A DNA stretch of 62,460 nt, taken from Veleropilina oligotropha. Its lineage: Eukaryota. A model generated the notes under the pieces. It did no database searches, was not told the origin of the DNA, and saw nothing but the letters and a program-made list of their open reading frames with translations. A program made the translations under genes and the position numbers. The stretch covers positions 62,001 through 124,460 of the forward strand of contig JBEUKZ010000076.1 of assembly GCA_048128005.1 (NCBI GenBank), given 5' to 3'. Positions 39,601-48,437 of this stretch are shown piece by piece. How positions within the stretch are numbered: position 1 is the stretch's first letter; each line of letters starts with the position of its first letter.

Positions 39601-42600
39601 CAATAGGCCTACTTCAATTTTCAAGCATGATATTAGCAGACATTTATTGTTTTCATACGATATCGACTATTATTGGAATTTTAGGTTGTTAACTCAGCGG
39701 GTGTTGGCCACAAAAGCGAGGACATATTAGGAGAAACAAATTCACCTGGTAATTATAGCTGTTCAGCACCATATAGTCAGCACTAACTTTATACATTATT
39801 TTGTATGTAAAATGATTCTTACATTTTTCAAATGACTTTAAGGATAGTGATAGTATTTCCTAATTGTAAACCAAACACAGAACAATACAATTTGGGAATA
39901 CGTTACAATACAAAAACCTCACATTTTCCATCTTCCAGTTAAGATTTGGAATTGCTCTAAATTTTGCATCGATTAATTCATTAAATCAGGGTATTATAAC
40001 ATATAAAACATGCAAGTTTTCATACTTCAATCTTGTATACATTATTTTAACTCTGGTATGATACAGGGAATGACAAAGACTGTCGCGGACGTTACAAAAA
40101 ATGTCGCGGACGTTACGAAGTCTCAGAAGAAGAGTAATATCCACTCAACTTTATAATAATTGTGTGAAAACATGAGTGCACATTATATGTAATTATGGAT
40201 TATGTGATGAGATAACAGTCAATAATTCAAATCTTATGTTATATTTTGTATTTTGAACTCGATTGAACTATTTCATGCTGAATGTTCTATTCCACATGAG
40301 TAATTCAGATGTCCTGAAGATTTAATTATAATTAATTAATTAATTATTAATTAATATGTTATTAAATATTTGCCTATATTTCACATGCACAAATAAATTA
40401 AATGTGAATAGTTCCCATTATAAGATAAACACCACAATAAATGAACCACAATATTTTAACAATGATTGAATATATATAAATTAGTTTAAATAAACTGTAA
40501 ATATCAATAGAGTTATGAAAGGTAAACATACAAATATATTATAATACATTAATGATAATTAACCTATATCGGACATCAGGTGGATGGGAACAATTAACAT
40601 CCCCAATAATTAGTTAGACATAATTTTTGTTAAAATGATTAGAATTTATGAACAAGAAGTGTGGGAGCCACACATTATCCCATCGGGTTTGTCATAATTG
40701 ATGGAGTGTACATTTTTAAGTTGATAAAGGGGAATAACTGTGCACATACTTAGATAAATTTAGCAATATGTAACATGACCCCCTGTATTTTATTTGCAAC
40801 ACAGTCACAAGATGCGAAAAATATCTGATGCGAGGTTATGAAAATAATTGACGGAAACTAAATATCAATGTCGAAAAAGGGAAAGTTTATATCGAAAAAG
40901 GGGGATAACTGTGCAAATATTTGGCGGAATAATCTGCAATTCAATAGCAACCTAGTTTATGTCCCAATAAACCTGCATACCAAATTTGAATTCGCTAGCT
41001 GTTACGGTTTTCCTTATATCATGTTCACGTCGTGCGAAAAGGAAAGTTTGTCGAAAAAGGGGATAACTGTGAAAATATTCCGTGGAATAATCTTAAATTC
41101 AATAGCAACCTAGTTCATGTCCCAATAAACCTTCATGCCAAATTTGAATTCCCTAGCTGTTACGGTTTTCCTTATATCATGTTCACGTCGTCCAAAAAGG
41201 AAAGTTTGTCCAAAAAGGGGGATAACTGTGCAAATATTTGGCGGAATAATCTGAAATTCAAAAGCAACCTAGGTTATGTCCCAATAAACCTGCATACCAA
41301 ATCACGTCGTCTATACGGCCGGACGGTAAATATTTGAGAAACCCAACTAGATTTATGATAAATTTGATATTCTAAAACATCCATATCAGTATTTTATTTG
41401 AACATATTTATTCCACTAAAGGATGGGATCAAGTAATAGTTTGAGTTAACTTATCGAAATATCTTCTCCGTAAATAATATGCTTAAAGTTGTATTGCCCA
41501 TAATAATCACACATTATCCTACAAAGCCTTTAGTTATGTGGCTGTCATAATAGTTTTGATACTTCAAAATGTAAGAACATACATTGTTTACTGTTTTTTT
41601 AAAGTCGCAGCGGAAATCGCTATTTGCTAGTAAAATATAACCATTCAACGGCAGCCATTTTGGGGGATTTCCACCCCTTCGCCCAACAGCGTGTCACCCC
41701 TGGTTTCATCTGACCTTTCATCACTACAGGCAGACGCATCATCAAATATATAAAAAATTACTTATCTACAAAGTTGCATGCGATGTGACATTATTATAAA
41801 ATTGTAAGTAATAATGTTGCAGCTCAACTTTCCACAACGCTTTAGAGTTAACTTCGCCAGTGCCATGTTGACGAAACCTTCCATCACTCAAAGTAAAAAA
41901 GGGACCCGGTTTTATAATTTTTTACTCTTAATTCGAAGGCACTCTGGGGACCCCACCTACAGATTTTTGGGGAAAAATTGCAAAGTTTATAGCTTTAGCT
42001 AACTGGAAAAAATACATTTGCTGTCTAGGGTTTAAAATTAAGTGCATATTTTGCTACTTACGATCAATGCAACTTTAAAGCCTGTACAAACTTATATTTA
42101 AGTGCATATATATATTTATATAAATGACAAATAGCTAAATTATTCTGTAATCAATGTCAGTGCCAAGGTTTTCTCAGTTGTTGGTGCTTGTCTGTAATGA
42201 AAACCAGGTCTTCATCTGAAGACTCATAGAATAATGCCCATTCATGTTTATTGGGCCATGGAAAACAAAGTTTTGGGCAATTTGAAATATAATTTTGTAA
42301 CGTCCGCGACAAAATGTAACGTCCGCGACGAAGTGTTTTCCATTACTTGCTGACATCAGCATTGACGTATATAAAATTTAATAAATGGTTATTACATGGA
42401 CGGATGCCCTTCTTACTTTTATGCATTAACAGTCCTGTAACTGCTGTGGTTATGTTCACACAAGAAAATATAATGTTGAGACGTCGCGGACGTTACGTAA
42501 CGTCCGCGAAAGATGGTCTTTAGGCTTGCATAAAAACGATATAAAATAATGAACCATTACCTCATGCAATAAAAGGTCTCCTTGTCTTGAAACAAAAATT

Positions 42601-44551
42601 GATGTTGTGAGTTGTTGTATTAACCTTGTTGGAGAACATTGAATATTAGATGCATTTGTATAAACATTGTTCAGATTCAAGAAGAGAAAATAATTTTATA
42701 GATATAGAAAATAATGTTGCAATGATATTTCTGAGCTCGGGAAACACTTTTCTTCTAAAATAAATATTAATTATTAAAATACTTGAGGTTAAATATTTTT
42801 GCATCAAGGGTCCTTTCGCATGGATTCACTCATATGTATTTTATTTCTGACATCATGTTTAATACCCTGCATTTTTTGTATGAACTATATTAAGTGTACA
42901 TTTGCTATTTTCATTACTTCCAGCCCCTGGTTTATTTCCAACCGAGTTAGCCGTCCATTCAACCAATCAGAATGCAGACGCAGGCACTTATGACGTGCTG
43001 GTCACGTGGCGAGGTATCAGCACTGGGATCGATGAAGATCCGATAAAGGGGTACAAGGTATTCAGTGTGAAAATAAGTTAATCACAACACGTTCAAAAGC
43101 ACGTCATCTTTTTTCCATACATTTTATGTTCGACAACAATATAAAAATAATAGAGAATTATATCGAATTTACCTTATGTGGATTTAAGCAAGTATAATGT
43201 GAGTTGTGTGTGGGACACTTACAAAACAAGGACGTTGAGTCGACAGGGTTTAATTGGCAACTACTAGTATACGTGTTATCCGAAAAACATTCCACTATTA
43301 CTGCATGGTAAAATCTGAATACCATCAATGTAGAACTGTTTACGCATGATGATGCAAACTTTAAAATTATGTTGAGCACATTCATGGTAAACGTGAACAC
43401 CTTCATTATAAATAATGTGGATACACTGTTGATGCAAACTAATGCATTAACATTAATTTATATGAGATGCATTAACATTAATTTCTATGAGATGCATTAA
43501 CATTAATTTCTATGAGATGCATTAGAGTGTCCACTCTAAATGAGATGCATTAACATTAATTTCTATGAGATGCATTAACATTAATTTCTATTAATGCCGT
43601 TACCATGTGCTTGCTGTCGCAGATTCGTTGGTGGAAATCAACTGATGACTACAAGCCTTCACACAAAGATCTGGTTGTGGAAAAGGTGGACGAAGCCTAT
43701 ATTACCGGATTAGAAAAAGGACACTTATATAAGCTTCGTATCAACGCATTGAACAGCGGAGGTGACGGAAAACTGAGTCCTGTAGTATACTTCACATTGG
43801 GTAAATATTTATTAACGCAATTTTCCAAAATACAATTTTGAAAATGTTGGGAAACTATGTTATACATTAGTGCTAAAACACGCGATGTTCATCAATGATA
43901 ATATAGGCTACTAGTAATAATGACTTTTAATTTGCTTTGCTATATTTGACCATACTTTTCAGTTATACTTATATCTTAGTTGACATCCATTTGTGGGCCG
44001 CTTCGGTAGAGCAGTGGGTAGAGTGTCCACTCTAAATTCACTGGCTTGTTTCCGCTGACGCGAACAGTAGTGGGATCGACCCCCGGCTGAGGCAGCACAC
44101 ATTTGTTCAAGTTATGAAGCACAGTTGTCCGTGACTGGCCGAAGAGGGCGGGTTTACCCGGCAACCGGGGTTTCCTCCCGCGATAACATGGACATGTCCT
44201 GCCTTGAACCTCGATGTTATAAATATACAGGACATTAAGCATAATTCCTCCTCCCCCCGACATCCATTTGTTTAATTATCATGCCTTTGAACTACCATCA
44301 ATGTATCGCGATGAAAACTCAGTAATATATTAACTGAAATCAATGAAATCACTCCGAGTATATTCATGCTGAAATAATAGTGTTTGCGTGTATTTATTAT
44401 GCAAATTATGCAAATACGTAAATCTGTTTCAGAGGGGCAAGTCAATTACGATCCCACATATTCTGAGCTAAAGGCTTCATCTGTTCGCCAGGCGCTATCT
44501 ACACTCATCGTCTTTCCCATGGTAGCTATCCACATCTTCGTTTATTTTTAA
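9611..44551 (+). CDS. Cont: Contactin (invertebrate type: signal peptide, C-type lectin-like domain, 6 Ig, 4 FN3, GPI-anchor signal); 25 coding exons, ~1232 aa
   Basis: Exons join(9611-9671,10169-10263,11213-11298,12067-12221,13420-13527,14143-14466,17214-17309,18348-18593,18905-19010,19324-19511,22981-23250,27131-27424,30043-30206,31808-31934,32630-32794,33245-33385,33881-33975,34665-34754,38404-38551,38909-39030,39318-39440,39685-39748,42924-43057,43623-43800,44433-44551). All introns GT-AG with compatible phases; total 3699 nt, one open frame ending TAA. The domain order matches Drosophila-type contactin. Confidence 0.9.
10169..10263 (+). CDS. Cont: Contactin exon 2 (CTLD start, [16 protein letters not shown])
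   Basis: tttcag| ... |gtaagt; CPxxW...CY C-type lectin motif. Confidence 0.85.
11213..11298 (+). CDS. Cont: Contactin exon 3 ([22 protein letters not shown])
   Basis: aacag| ... |gtgagt; GAxLVSIxSxxENxFV motif. Confidence 0.85.
12067..12221 (+). CDS. Cont: Contactin exon 4 (CTLD, NTWYTSG...HIVYRRE)
   Basis: tttccag| ... c|gtaaga; lies within ORF 12056-12286; phases compatible. Confidence 0.8.
12385..12640 (-). mobile_element. Older related SINE (further fragments at ~13015-13110, ~29080-29230, ~34315-34510, ~45410-45510)
   Basis: Shared core ttcaaggcaggacatgtcc...cgggg aaacccgcc...caactg; tRNA-like head containing gagattcgaact. Confidence 0.7.
13420..13527 (+). CDS. Cont: Contactin exon 5 (CTLD end, GYGWSR...YICEISK...RDF)
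   Basis: ttgcag| ... a|gtaagt; YICE motif. Confidence 0.85.
13798..13958. mobile_element. Harbinger-like MITE (related copy ~23905-24340)
   Basis: TIR TGGTTTCCATATAA ... TTATATGGAAACCA. Confidence 0.65.
14143..14466 (+). CDS. Cont: Contactin exon 6 (Ig1)
   Basis: ttgcag| ... t|gtaagt; GPHFITQP...LEC...W...[14 protein letters not shown]. Confidence 0.9.
14701..15142 (-). mobile_element. Non-autonomous Crypton-like element
   Basis: Hairpin ~15005-15136, adjacent AAATCAAGATAAA 14989-15001, inverse TTTATCTTGATTT 14704-14716; both ends homologous to the 37229-38230 element. Confidence 0.65.
15490..15935 (+). mobile_element. Helentron/HINE-like element with an internal (TA)n (inverse copy ~9190-9557)
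   Basis: Terminal palindrome atgtcttgaccttttt..aaaaaaggacaagacat, then a microsatellite, then core ...caccaaaattggtacacacattcccaag; same layout on the minus strand at 9190-9557. Confidence 0.6.
16176..16439 (-). mobile_element. tRNA-derived SINE, young family, full length
   Basis: A box TAGCGCAGTGG, B-box-like GGATCGACCCC, (TCC)n tail; TSD TGGAAATACCAAG 16163-16175 / 16440-16452. Confidence 0.9.
17214..17309 (+). CDS. Cont: Contactin exon 7 (Ig2 N-half)
   Basis: ttttcag| ... c|gtgagt; FLAEFSN...VVSCETP. Confidence 0.8.
18348..18593 (+). CDS. Cont: Contactin exon 8 (Ig2 C-half)
   Basis: tttttag| ... g|gtatta; [13 protein letters not shown]...DEGYYSC. Confidence 0.85.
18905..19010 (+). CDS. 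Cont: Contactin exon 9 (Ig3 N-half)
   Basis: cttttag| ... ac|gtatgt; [14 protein letters not shown]...MECFAFG. Confidence 0.85.
19324..19511 (+). CDS. Cont: Contactin exon 10 (Ig3 C-half)
   Basis: ttccag| ... g|gtaggc; YRWSR...DGGVYTC. Confidence 0.9.
19578..21720 (+). mobile_element. Crypton-type tyrosine-recombinase transposon in contactin intron 10
   Basis: 5' hairpin 19578-19725, short inverted motif TTACACAAAGGC (19729-19740) / GCCGTTGTGTAA (21706-21717), internal YR gene. Confidence 0.85.
19842..21326 (+). CDS. Crypton tyrosine recombinase (DUF3504-like), two exons 19842-20040 + 20088-21326, with one extra A in an A7 run at 20519-20525
   Basis: A 47-nt GT-AG intron joins ORF 19842 to ORF 20108 in frame; removing one A gives [22 protein letters not shown]; catalytic set GLRGGEEH (R), SKTYKGG (K), NHSLRAT (HxxR), TGHR (H), VYKR (Y). 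Confidence 0.8.
21760..21965 (-). mobile_element. CORE/Deu-like SINE fragment
   Basis: aggtacccatt...gctgggtggaccgagg...ttccttgcccaag...cgaactc...ccactgagccac. Confidence 0.6.
22981..23250 (+). CDS. Cont: Contactin exon 11 (Ig4)
   Basis: tttccag| ... t|gtaaga; [18 protein letters not shown]...GMYQCEATN. Confidence 0.9.
24343..24679. mobile_element. MITE with long TIRs and an internal 23-bp repeat
   Basis: CCTGGGGCGGGTTGTATATCGACAG ... CTGTCGATATACAACCCGCCCCAGG; internal (tttgactagttttatataaacca)x~4. Confidence 0.75.
25135..26046 (-). CDS. Intronless 7TM receptor (divergent class-A-like GPCR, possibly chemosensory), nested antisense in contactin intron 11
   Basis: 303-aa ATG ORF with seven hydrophobic segments; [19 protein letters not shown] resembles the post-TM3 'DRYxAIxxPLRY' region; Cys at the TM3 start and in ECL2; paralog at 46584-53540. 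Confidence 0.8.
   Translation of the reverse strand: MSISTPIFGTTSSIVFTVIGSFIWISNTVSSLIMAWAFWKENRPLRGLEMSCVVGTCLMSQSVVALHTAYIWQPNTFLHYFPCLLVSLSIITLFTYSNLHCVYFAVVHSLYIYSPLRAEELLTRRFKIGALVGLWLVPLVLMAIIYAACDAGLGFTEIDACGTSILPPVVTYAYMVIMPIALQFAFTVFFVVMTQTVFRQAKTTPAIINDPQATDKNRRFRMNFRPMATMFGSFVVFNNCVMVMGILSVHYPHILSNSAYIIFSSITFEIPSITYILLLFYLPSAKRNATLLCSKCFDFLRDS
27131..27424 (+). CDS. Cont: Contactin exon 12 (Ig5)
   Basis: ttttcag| ... g|gtaggg; [19 protein letters not shown]...[11 protein letters not shown]. Confidence 0.9.
27535..28645 (+). mobile_element. Non-autonomous Crypton-like element
   Basis: Long hairpin 27535-~27688, then TTTATCATATATCC 27689-27702; perfect inverse GGATATATGATAAA 28632-28645. 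Confidence 0.65.
28743..28993 (+). mobile_element. Same SINE family, slightly 5'-truncated
   Basis: Near-identical sequence; TSD TCCAAAACTTGTCT 28729-28742 / 28994-29007. Confidence 0.9.
30043..30206 (+). CDS. Cont: Contactin exon 13 (Ig6 N-half)
   Basis: ttttcag| ... |gtgagt; AFLYCQAS...YTWKFNG. Confidence 0.85.
30383..30634 (+). mobile_element. Same SINE family, full length
   Basis: Near-identical sequence; TSD CCTCCAGTCA(T/A)TGGA 30364-30378 / 30635-30649. Confidence 0.9.
31031..31578. mobile_element. MITE with ~90-bp TIRs containing a nested small TIR element (31273-31431)
   Basis: attattcaccgatggaaagct ... agctttccatcagtgaataat; inner ataatggtaacgaac ... gttcgttaccattat with TAACCCTAA/TTAGGGTTAG motifs. 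Confidence 0.7.
31808..31934 (+). CDS. Cont: Contactin exon 14 (Ig6 C-half)
   Basis: attccag| ... g|gtaaat; [19 protein letters not shown]. Confidence 0.85.
32630..32794 (+). CDS. Cont: Contactin exon 15 (FN3-1 N-half)
   Basis: atcag| ... a|gtaagt; GPPGEPAGV...[19 protein letters not shown]. Confidence 0.9.
33245..33385 (+). CDS. Cont: Contactin exon 16 (FN3-1 C-half)
   Basis: ccatag| ... g|gtaatt; [21 protein letters not shown]. Confidence 0.9.
33881..33975 (+). CDS. Cont: Contactin exon 17 (FN3-2 start)
   Basis: tttcag| ... aag|gtgaaa; [20 protein letters not shown]. Confidence 0.85.
34665..34754 (+). CDS. Cont: Contactin exon 18 (FN3-2 middle)
   Basis: ccacag| ... aag|gtaaaa; [18 protein letters not shown]; its last 14 nt begin the first unit of the 31-bp array. 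Confidence 0.85.
34741..35670 (+). repeat. 31-bp tandem array x30 containing the contactin exon-18 splice donor
   Basis: Unit AAGATTGGATCAAG|GTAATATACGCGTCCTT; 930 bp = 30 units; only unit 1 has GTAAAA. Confidence 0.97.
36120..37150. mobile_element. Helentron/HINE-like repeat with tgaccttt motifs (similar region ~54950-55870)
   Basis: Internal ~420-bp duplication and recurrent tgacctttgacc / ggtcaaaggtca motifs. Confidence 0.5.
37229..38230 (-). mobile_element. Crypton deletion derivative with an N-terminal YR remnant and a nested hairpin element (37418-~37680)
   Basis: Hairpin ~38108-38223, motif AAAGCAAGATAAAT 38092-38105 / ATTATCTTACTTT 37232-37244; minus-strand remnant [19 protein letters not shown]...[16 protein letters not shown] and [18 protein letters not shown]...FDIITD; second hairpin 37424-37537. 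Confidence 0.7.
38404..38551 (+). CDS. Cont: Contactin exon 19 (FN3-2 end)
   Basis: tttcag| ... t|gtgagc; [21 protein letters not shown]. Confidence 0.9.
38909..39030 (+). CDS. Cont: Contactin exon 20 (FN3-3 start)
   Basis: ttccag| ... agg|gtatat; [11 protein letters not shown]...MKGKVIGYR. Confidence 0.85.
39318..39440 (+). CDS. Cont: Contactin exon 21 (FN3-3 middle)
   Basis: ttgcag| ... cag|gttcga; INYW...[15 protein letters not shown]. Confidence 0.85.
39685..39748 (+). CDS. Cont: Contactin exon 22 (FN3-3 end)
   Basis: ttttag| ... g|gtaatt; [12 protein letters not shown]. Confidence 0.8.
40870..41300. repeat. ~159-bp satellite-like tandem repeat (~2.6 copies) within a HINE-like insertion (~40650-41340)
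   Basis: Units near 40892, 41051 and 41210 (tcgaaaaaggg..gataactgtg...). Confidence 0.85.
41487..42074. mobile_element. Kolobok-like TTAA-target non-autonomous element
   Basis: TTAA|AGTTGTATTGCCCATAA ... TTACGATCAATGCAACT|TTAA. Confidence 0.75.
42924..43057 (+). CDS. Cont: Contactin exon 23 (FN3-4 start)
   Basis: ttccag| ... aag|gtattc; [19 protein letters not shown]. Confidence 0.85.
43441..43590. repeat. 25-bp minisatellite with one aberrant unit
   Basis: Unit ATGAGATGCATTAACATTAATTTCT. Confidence 0.85.
43623..43800 (+). CDS. Cont: Contactin exon 24 (FN3-4 end)
   Basis: tcgcag| ... g|gtaaat; [25 protein letters not shown]. Confidence 0.9.
43995..44258 (+). mobile_element. Same SINE family, full length
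   Basis: Near-identical sequence; TSD GACATCCATTTGT 43982-43994 / 44259-44271. Confidence 0.9.
44433..44551 (+). CDS. Cont: Contactin exon 25 (GPI-anchor-type C-terminus)
   Basis: tttcag|; [39 protein letters not shown]; small residues then a hydrophobic tail, no cytoplasmic domain. Confidence 0.8.
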
Positions 44552-44792
44552 CTTTTAAACTTCCAATATAACCTGCATTGCTTGTGTATAATGTTATTCT
44601 TTGCTTGCGTGGCTATATGTATGGATGTGTGTGACGCGACAATACAATGAATGTCTGCTATACATGTTCACGCGGAAGTTGGGATAATATCCTTTAAATC
44701 TATAATGATTCTTACATGTAACTTATCTTTAAAGTGTAGTATATTTTTAACCATTTTACATTTGCATTTGTTTATGATTTTACAACATGTTT

Positions 44793-44798
44793 AATAAA
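44793..44798 (+). terminator. Candidate polyadenylation signal of contactin
   Basis: AATAAA ~240 nt downstream of the stop codon. Confidence 0.45.
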
Positions 44799-46315
44799 CT
44801 ATAGCATTTAAAATACTGTGCATCATTTACACTCACTTTATTTTCATTCAAATATGCGGAAAACAGTCACAAAAACGGTAATTGATGCAAGAGGGCGACA
44901 CTCAAGATACTACCGGTATTTACAACGTTTGTACCAGCGTTAGCCAGCGTTTGGAAAGTCACAGAAATGAGCCCAAACGTCGGCGAAATTACGTTCGCGA
45001 GGAGGTTCTTTTTATTCACACTACGAACGTTTTGAGTTCACCGCACACCAACTTGTACGACCGTTTGCGAGCGTTTGCTAACGTTTGGCAGCGTTGCATT
45101 CATTTTCTATTAGCGGAGGCGAACTTTTGCCAACTTAGGCATAAACTTTTGCCAACTTAGGCACAAACTTTTGCCAACTGAGGCATAGCGTATGTACAGC
45201 GGTGACCGACTTATGCCAGCTTAGACGAACGGAAACTCAGCGTAAATCAGATGAGGTCAGCGTCAGGCTCATATAAAAAGCTGAGCATTTGTGGACGCGT
45301 GCGTTGATAGCCTTAATATATGTTTTATTTCCTGGAAACCAATGAACCTTGTATAATTTCATAATAATAGGCTATCTTAAAAATCTGGAACAAAATACGG
45401 ATTTGATAGGATGGATGCTTAATTATGGGTTTATCAACCTTCAGCTACATACCATGACATAAATCCACATTATCGCGGAGGAACGCCCGATCGTTCGGGA
45501 AATCCGCCCTATGAGTATCCAACCACCGTTAGAATTGGCCCTTGTTAGACGAAGCAGTGAAACGGTTGAAGTGAGATACATGCTCAAATCCAATCTAACA
45601 CCGACACGGCCAATCAAATATGGGACTAAGAAATAGTCAAATAGACATGATTAAAAATATATAGCTGATTCGCATCTTCAAACGTTATGATATATTAATA
45701 ATTTCATGCAATGCTAACATATTGTACCGACTAGATCCCAAAGTAAGCTAGACATGATATGTTCAAAGTAGCATCCCTGTTCAAGATATTAAAACATCGT
45801 GTATCAGCAAAATAAGTAAAGTTCCCTTCTTCAGAACTCTATCAGTAGCAACTTGGGTGCGTCCAGTGTCATCGAATTTCTAAAGAAACCTGTGAAGAGG
45901 AAGCCATGCATATATTTGCTACATTAGATAGGAACAGGTTATAGTAGTGAGGTATGGTGACGTAGAGTATCTGGTTTCAGCTCTTTCAGAGACATGTGCT
46001 GAAGAAATTTCCAATTCAAACATATTTAACCGAAATACCTTTATGGATATTGATTTTCAGGAATTGTGATTATTTCATCTCAAACCATCAGCTTAAGTAT
46101 CGAAATTTCTATCCCAACCGAGGCTTTTTATTAAATCAACAAAGAAAGGTATTGGTATGGCTCAACCGAAGATGCAATTCTGGTCTTGAGTTGGTATTCG
46201 TCATAAATCTTGTCAAGCTCTAACACATGAACAAATCGGCGTTGCCCAATCCAAATATTTTACATATTATATATTCAAGCTCTAGTTTCTTGATCTCTGA
46301 TTTGTCTAATATTGA

Positions 46316-46515
46316 GGCGGCTTCGGCAGCGCAGTGGGTAGAGTGTCCACTCTAAATTCACTGGCTTGATTCCGCTAATGCGAACAGTAGTGGGTTCAAT
46401 ACCTGGCTGAGGCATTGAAATTTGTTCAATTTATGAATCACAGTTGTCCGTGACTGGCCGAAGAGGGCGGGTTTACCCGGGCGACCGGGGTTTCCTCCCG
46501 CGATAACACGGACAA
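46316..46515 (+). mobile_element. Same SINE family, diverged and 3'-truncated
   Basis: Aligns to the head and core of the young copies. Confidence 0.8.
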
Positions 46516-48136
46516 GTTTACATATTGCTGAAGGTGAATCATTTGTTCTTTCAAAAGTATATATATCAGGACCGTATTTGTTGTCAATCACGCTGAAATA
46601 CACTGCATTTACAACACACTTGTGCCACGTTTCGCTTGACGGAAGGTAGTAAATATAGCATCGACAGATAAATAAAAGATGATATTCCGAACGCGACAGA
46701 CGAAAGCAGAATATATACAGTATTGGACATAAGGTCCAGACGCTGCACGTTCATGAGTCCCATCACAACGATACAGATGTTTAACACAAAAAAGGATCCA
46801 AACAACGCGAACACTGAAGGGGGAGCCTTTCTAAATTGTACATTTGTTTCGGATTTTCCGGAAACGTTTGTTCCTGGAGCGCATTTAGCTTTTATCCAAG
46901 CTGTTCGCATCATTTTATAGACAAAAGCAGCGTTTGTAATTTGTGCTGCAAAAGGAACGCATACCATATACAGATATATCAAGACCGATGGCAAATTGCT
47001 CGTTCCACATGTGGTAATTTCGGTGAATTCAAATCCCGTATTGCATATCGCGTATATTATAGCCATCAGGATCAGTGGTATCAACCATAATGCGACCAAG
47101 GCACCGGTCTTGAATCTCTCTGTTAGTAATTCTTCTGCACGCAGAGGATATGAAATTTGCAACGAAGGAGCCACTGCAAAGTAAAATGCATGCAACTCGT
47201 TCATCAGAAACAAAGTTACAACGGTTAAATTCACCAATAATCAAGAAGACTGCTGAAAAAATGCGTCTGGATACCACACATACGCCATATTGAGCGCGAT
47301 ATAAGTTTCTGACATCAAAAATGATCCGACAACACTGCATAATTCTAAAACACTTAGTAGTCCAGTAGCCGCCAATGGTAACCCCTATGTGAACCCGGTA
47401 ATGGTTGGTACTATAAGGTTTTTTGGTAGATTTGTAATGGGTAGGGTATATAGATCACATATCCACCTCTAGCAAATTTGCCAAGTTTGGGGAACTTCTG
47501 TAATTTGCATAAATCCAAGATGGCCACCACGCACTTTGGGTCAAACTGTAAATCGGTAATAACTTTTGATAGAATCAAGTTAGAAGGATGATTTTGGTAC
47601 CCACACATAGGTTTTTACATATGGCGGATCCAATGGAAGTGTCAAAAAATGTTTTGGATGTTGCTAGGCAACCATAATCCAAGATGGCCGCCGGTTTGAT
47701 TCGGCGAAATGCCTTTTCGGTCAGAATTAAACTATTATTCGACCTCAATATACCATTATGTGCTAAAGTGTTGGTATATATTATTTAAGGAGGGACTGGT
47801 GAGCTTTAGTAATAGAGTGGTGATGTTGCACGTCAACTAAATTCCAAGATATTGCCATTTGCATACGGTAAGAATCACAGTGACAAACACGATATCGCGA
47901 TAACTAAAATATTTATTAAACATATACAAATAGACTAGTGTAACTAACACTAGATCTATCTTTAAACAAAATATCACAAATATAAAACGTCTTTCACAAT
48001 GTAAACGATATATCATGAACTAGTTTATCCACTAATATACTGCTAGATATATCTACAAACACAATATCATACAAATAAAAGATATGTCAAAATGAAAAAA
48101 AACTATATATGAACTAGTTTGTCACACACCTTTACT

Positions 48137-48437
48137 CAAACTTATGGAAACAATAGACTAGATTTGCCCACAATATCGAACAATTCATATATAAAAGGAA
48201 CCAATGTAAACGACAAAAGTTACACCCCCTCGCATCTTTAATCAAACTTATGGAAACAATAGACTAGATTTGCCCACAATATCAAACAATTCATATATAA
48301 AAGGAACCAATGTAAACGACAAAAGTTACACCCCCTCGCATCTTTAATCAAACTTATGGAAACAATAGACTAGATTTGCCCACAATATCAAACAATTCAT
48401 ATATAAAAGGAACCAATGTAAACGACAAAAGTTACAC
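48137..48437. repeat. 106-bp tandem repeat (~2.8 copies) in the Academ 3' region
   Basis: Units start at 48137, 48243 and 48349 (caaacttatggaaacaatagactag...); the last unit overlaps the ORF stop. Confidence 0.9.

Larger units (their letters stand above)
39987..42869. mobile_element. CAGGG..CCCTG TIR element carrying nested insertions
   Basis: CAGGGTATTA 39987 / TAATACCCTG 42860-42869; subterminal gtcgcggacgttac motifs in both orientations; no TSD recognised. Confidence 0.45.

Noticed and set aside
47411..47608. Duplicated 65-aa ORFs (47411-47608 and 53167-53364)
   Set aside because: Chance ORFs within the Academ TIRs.
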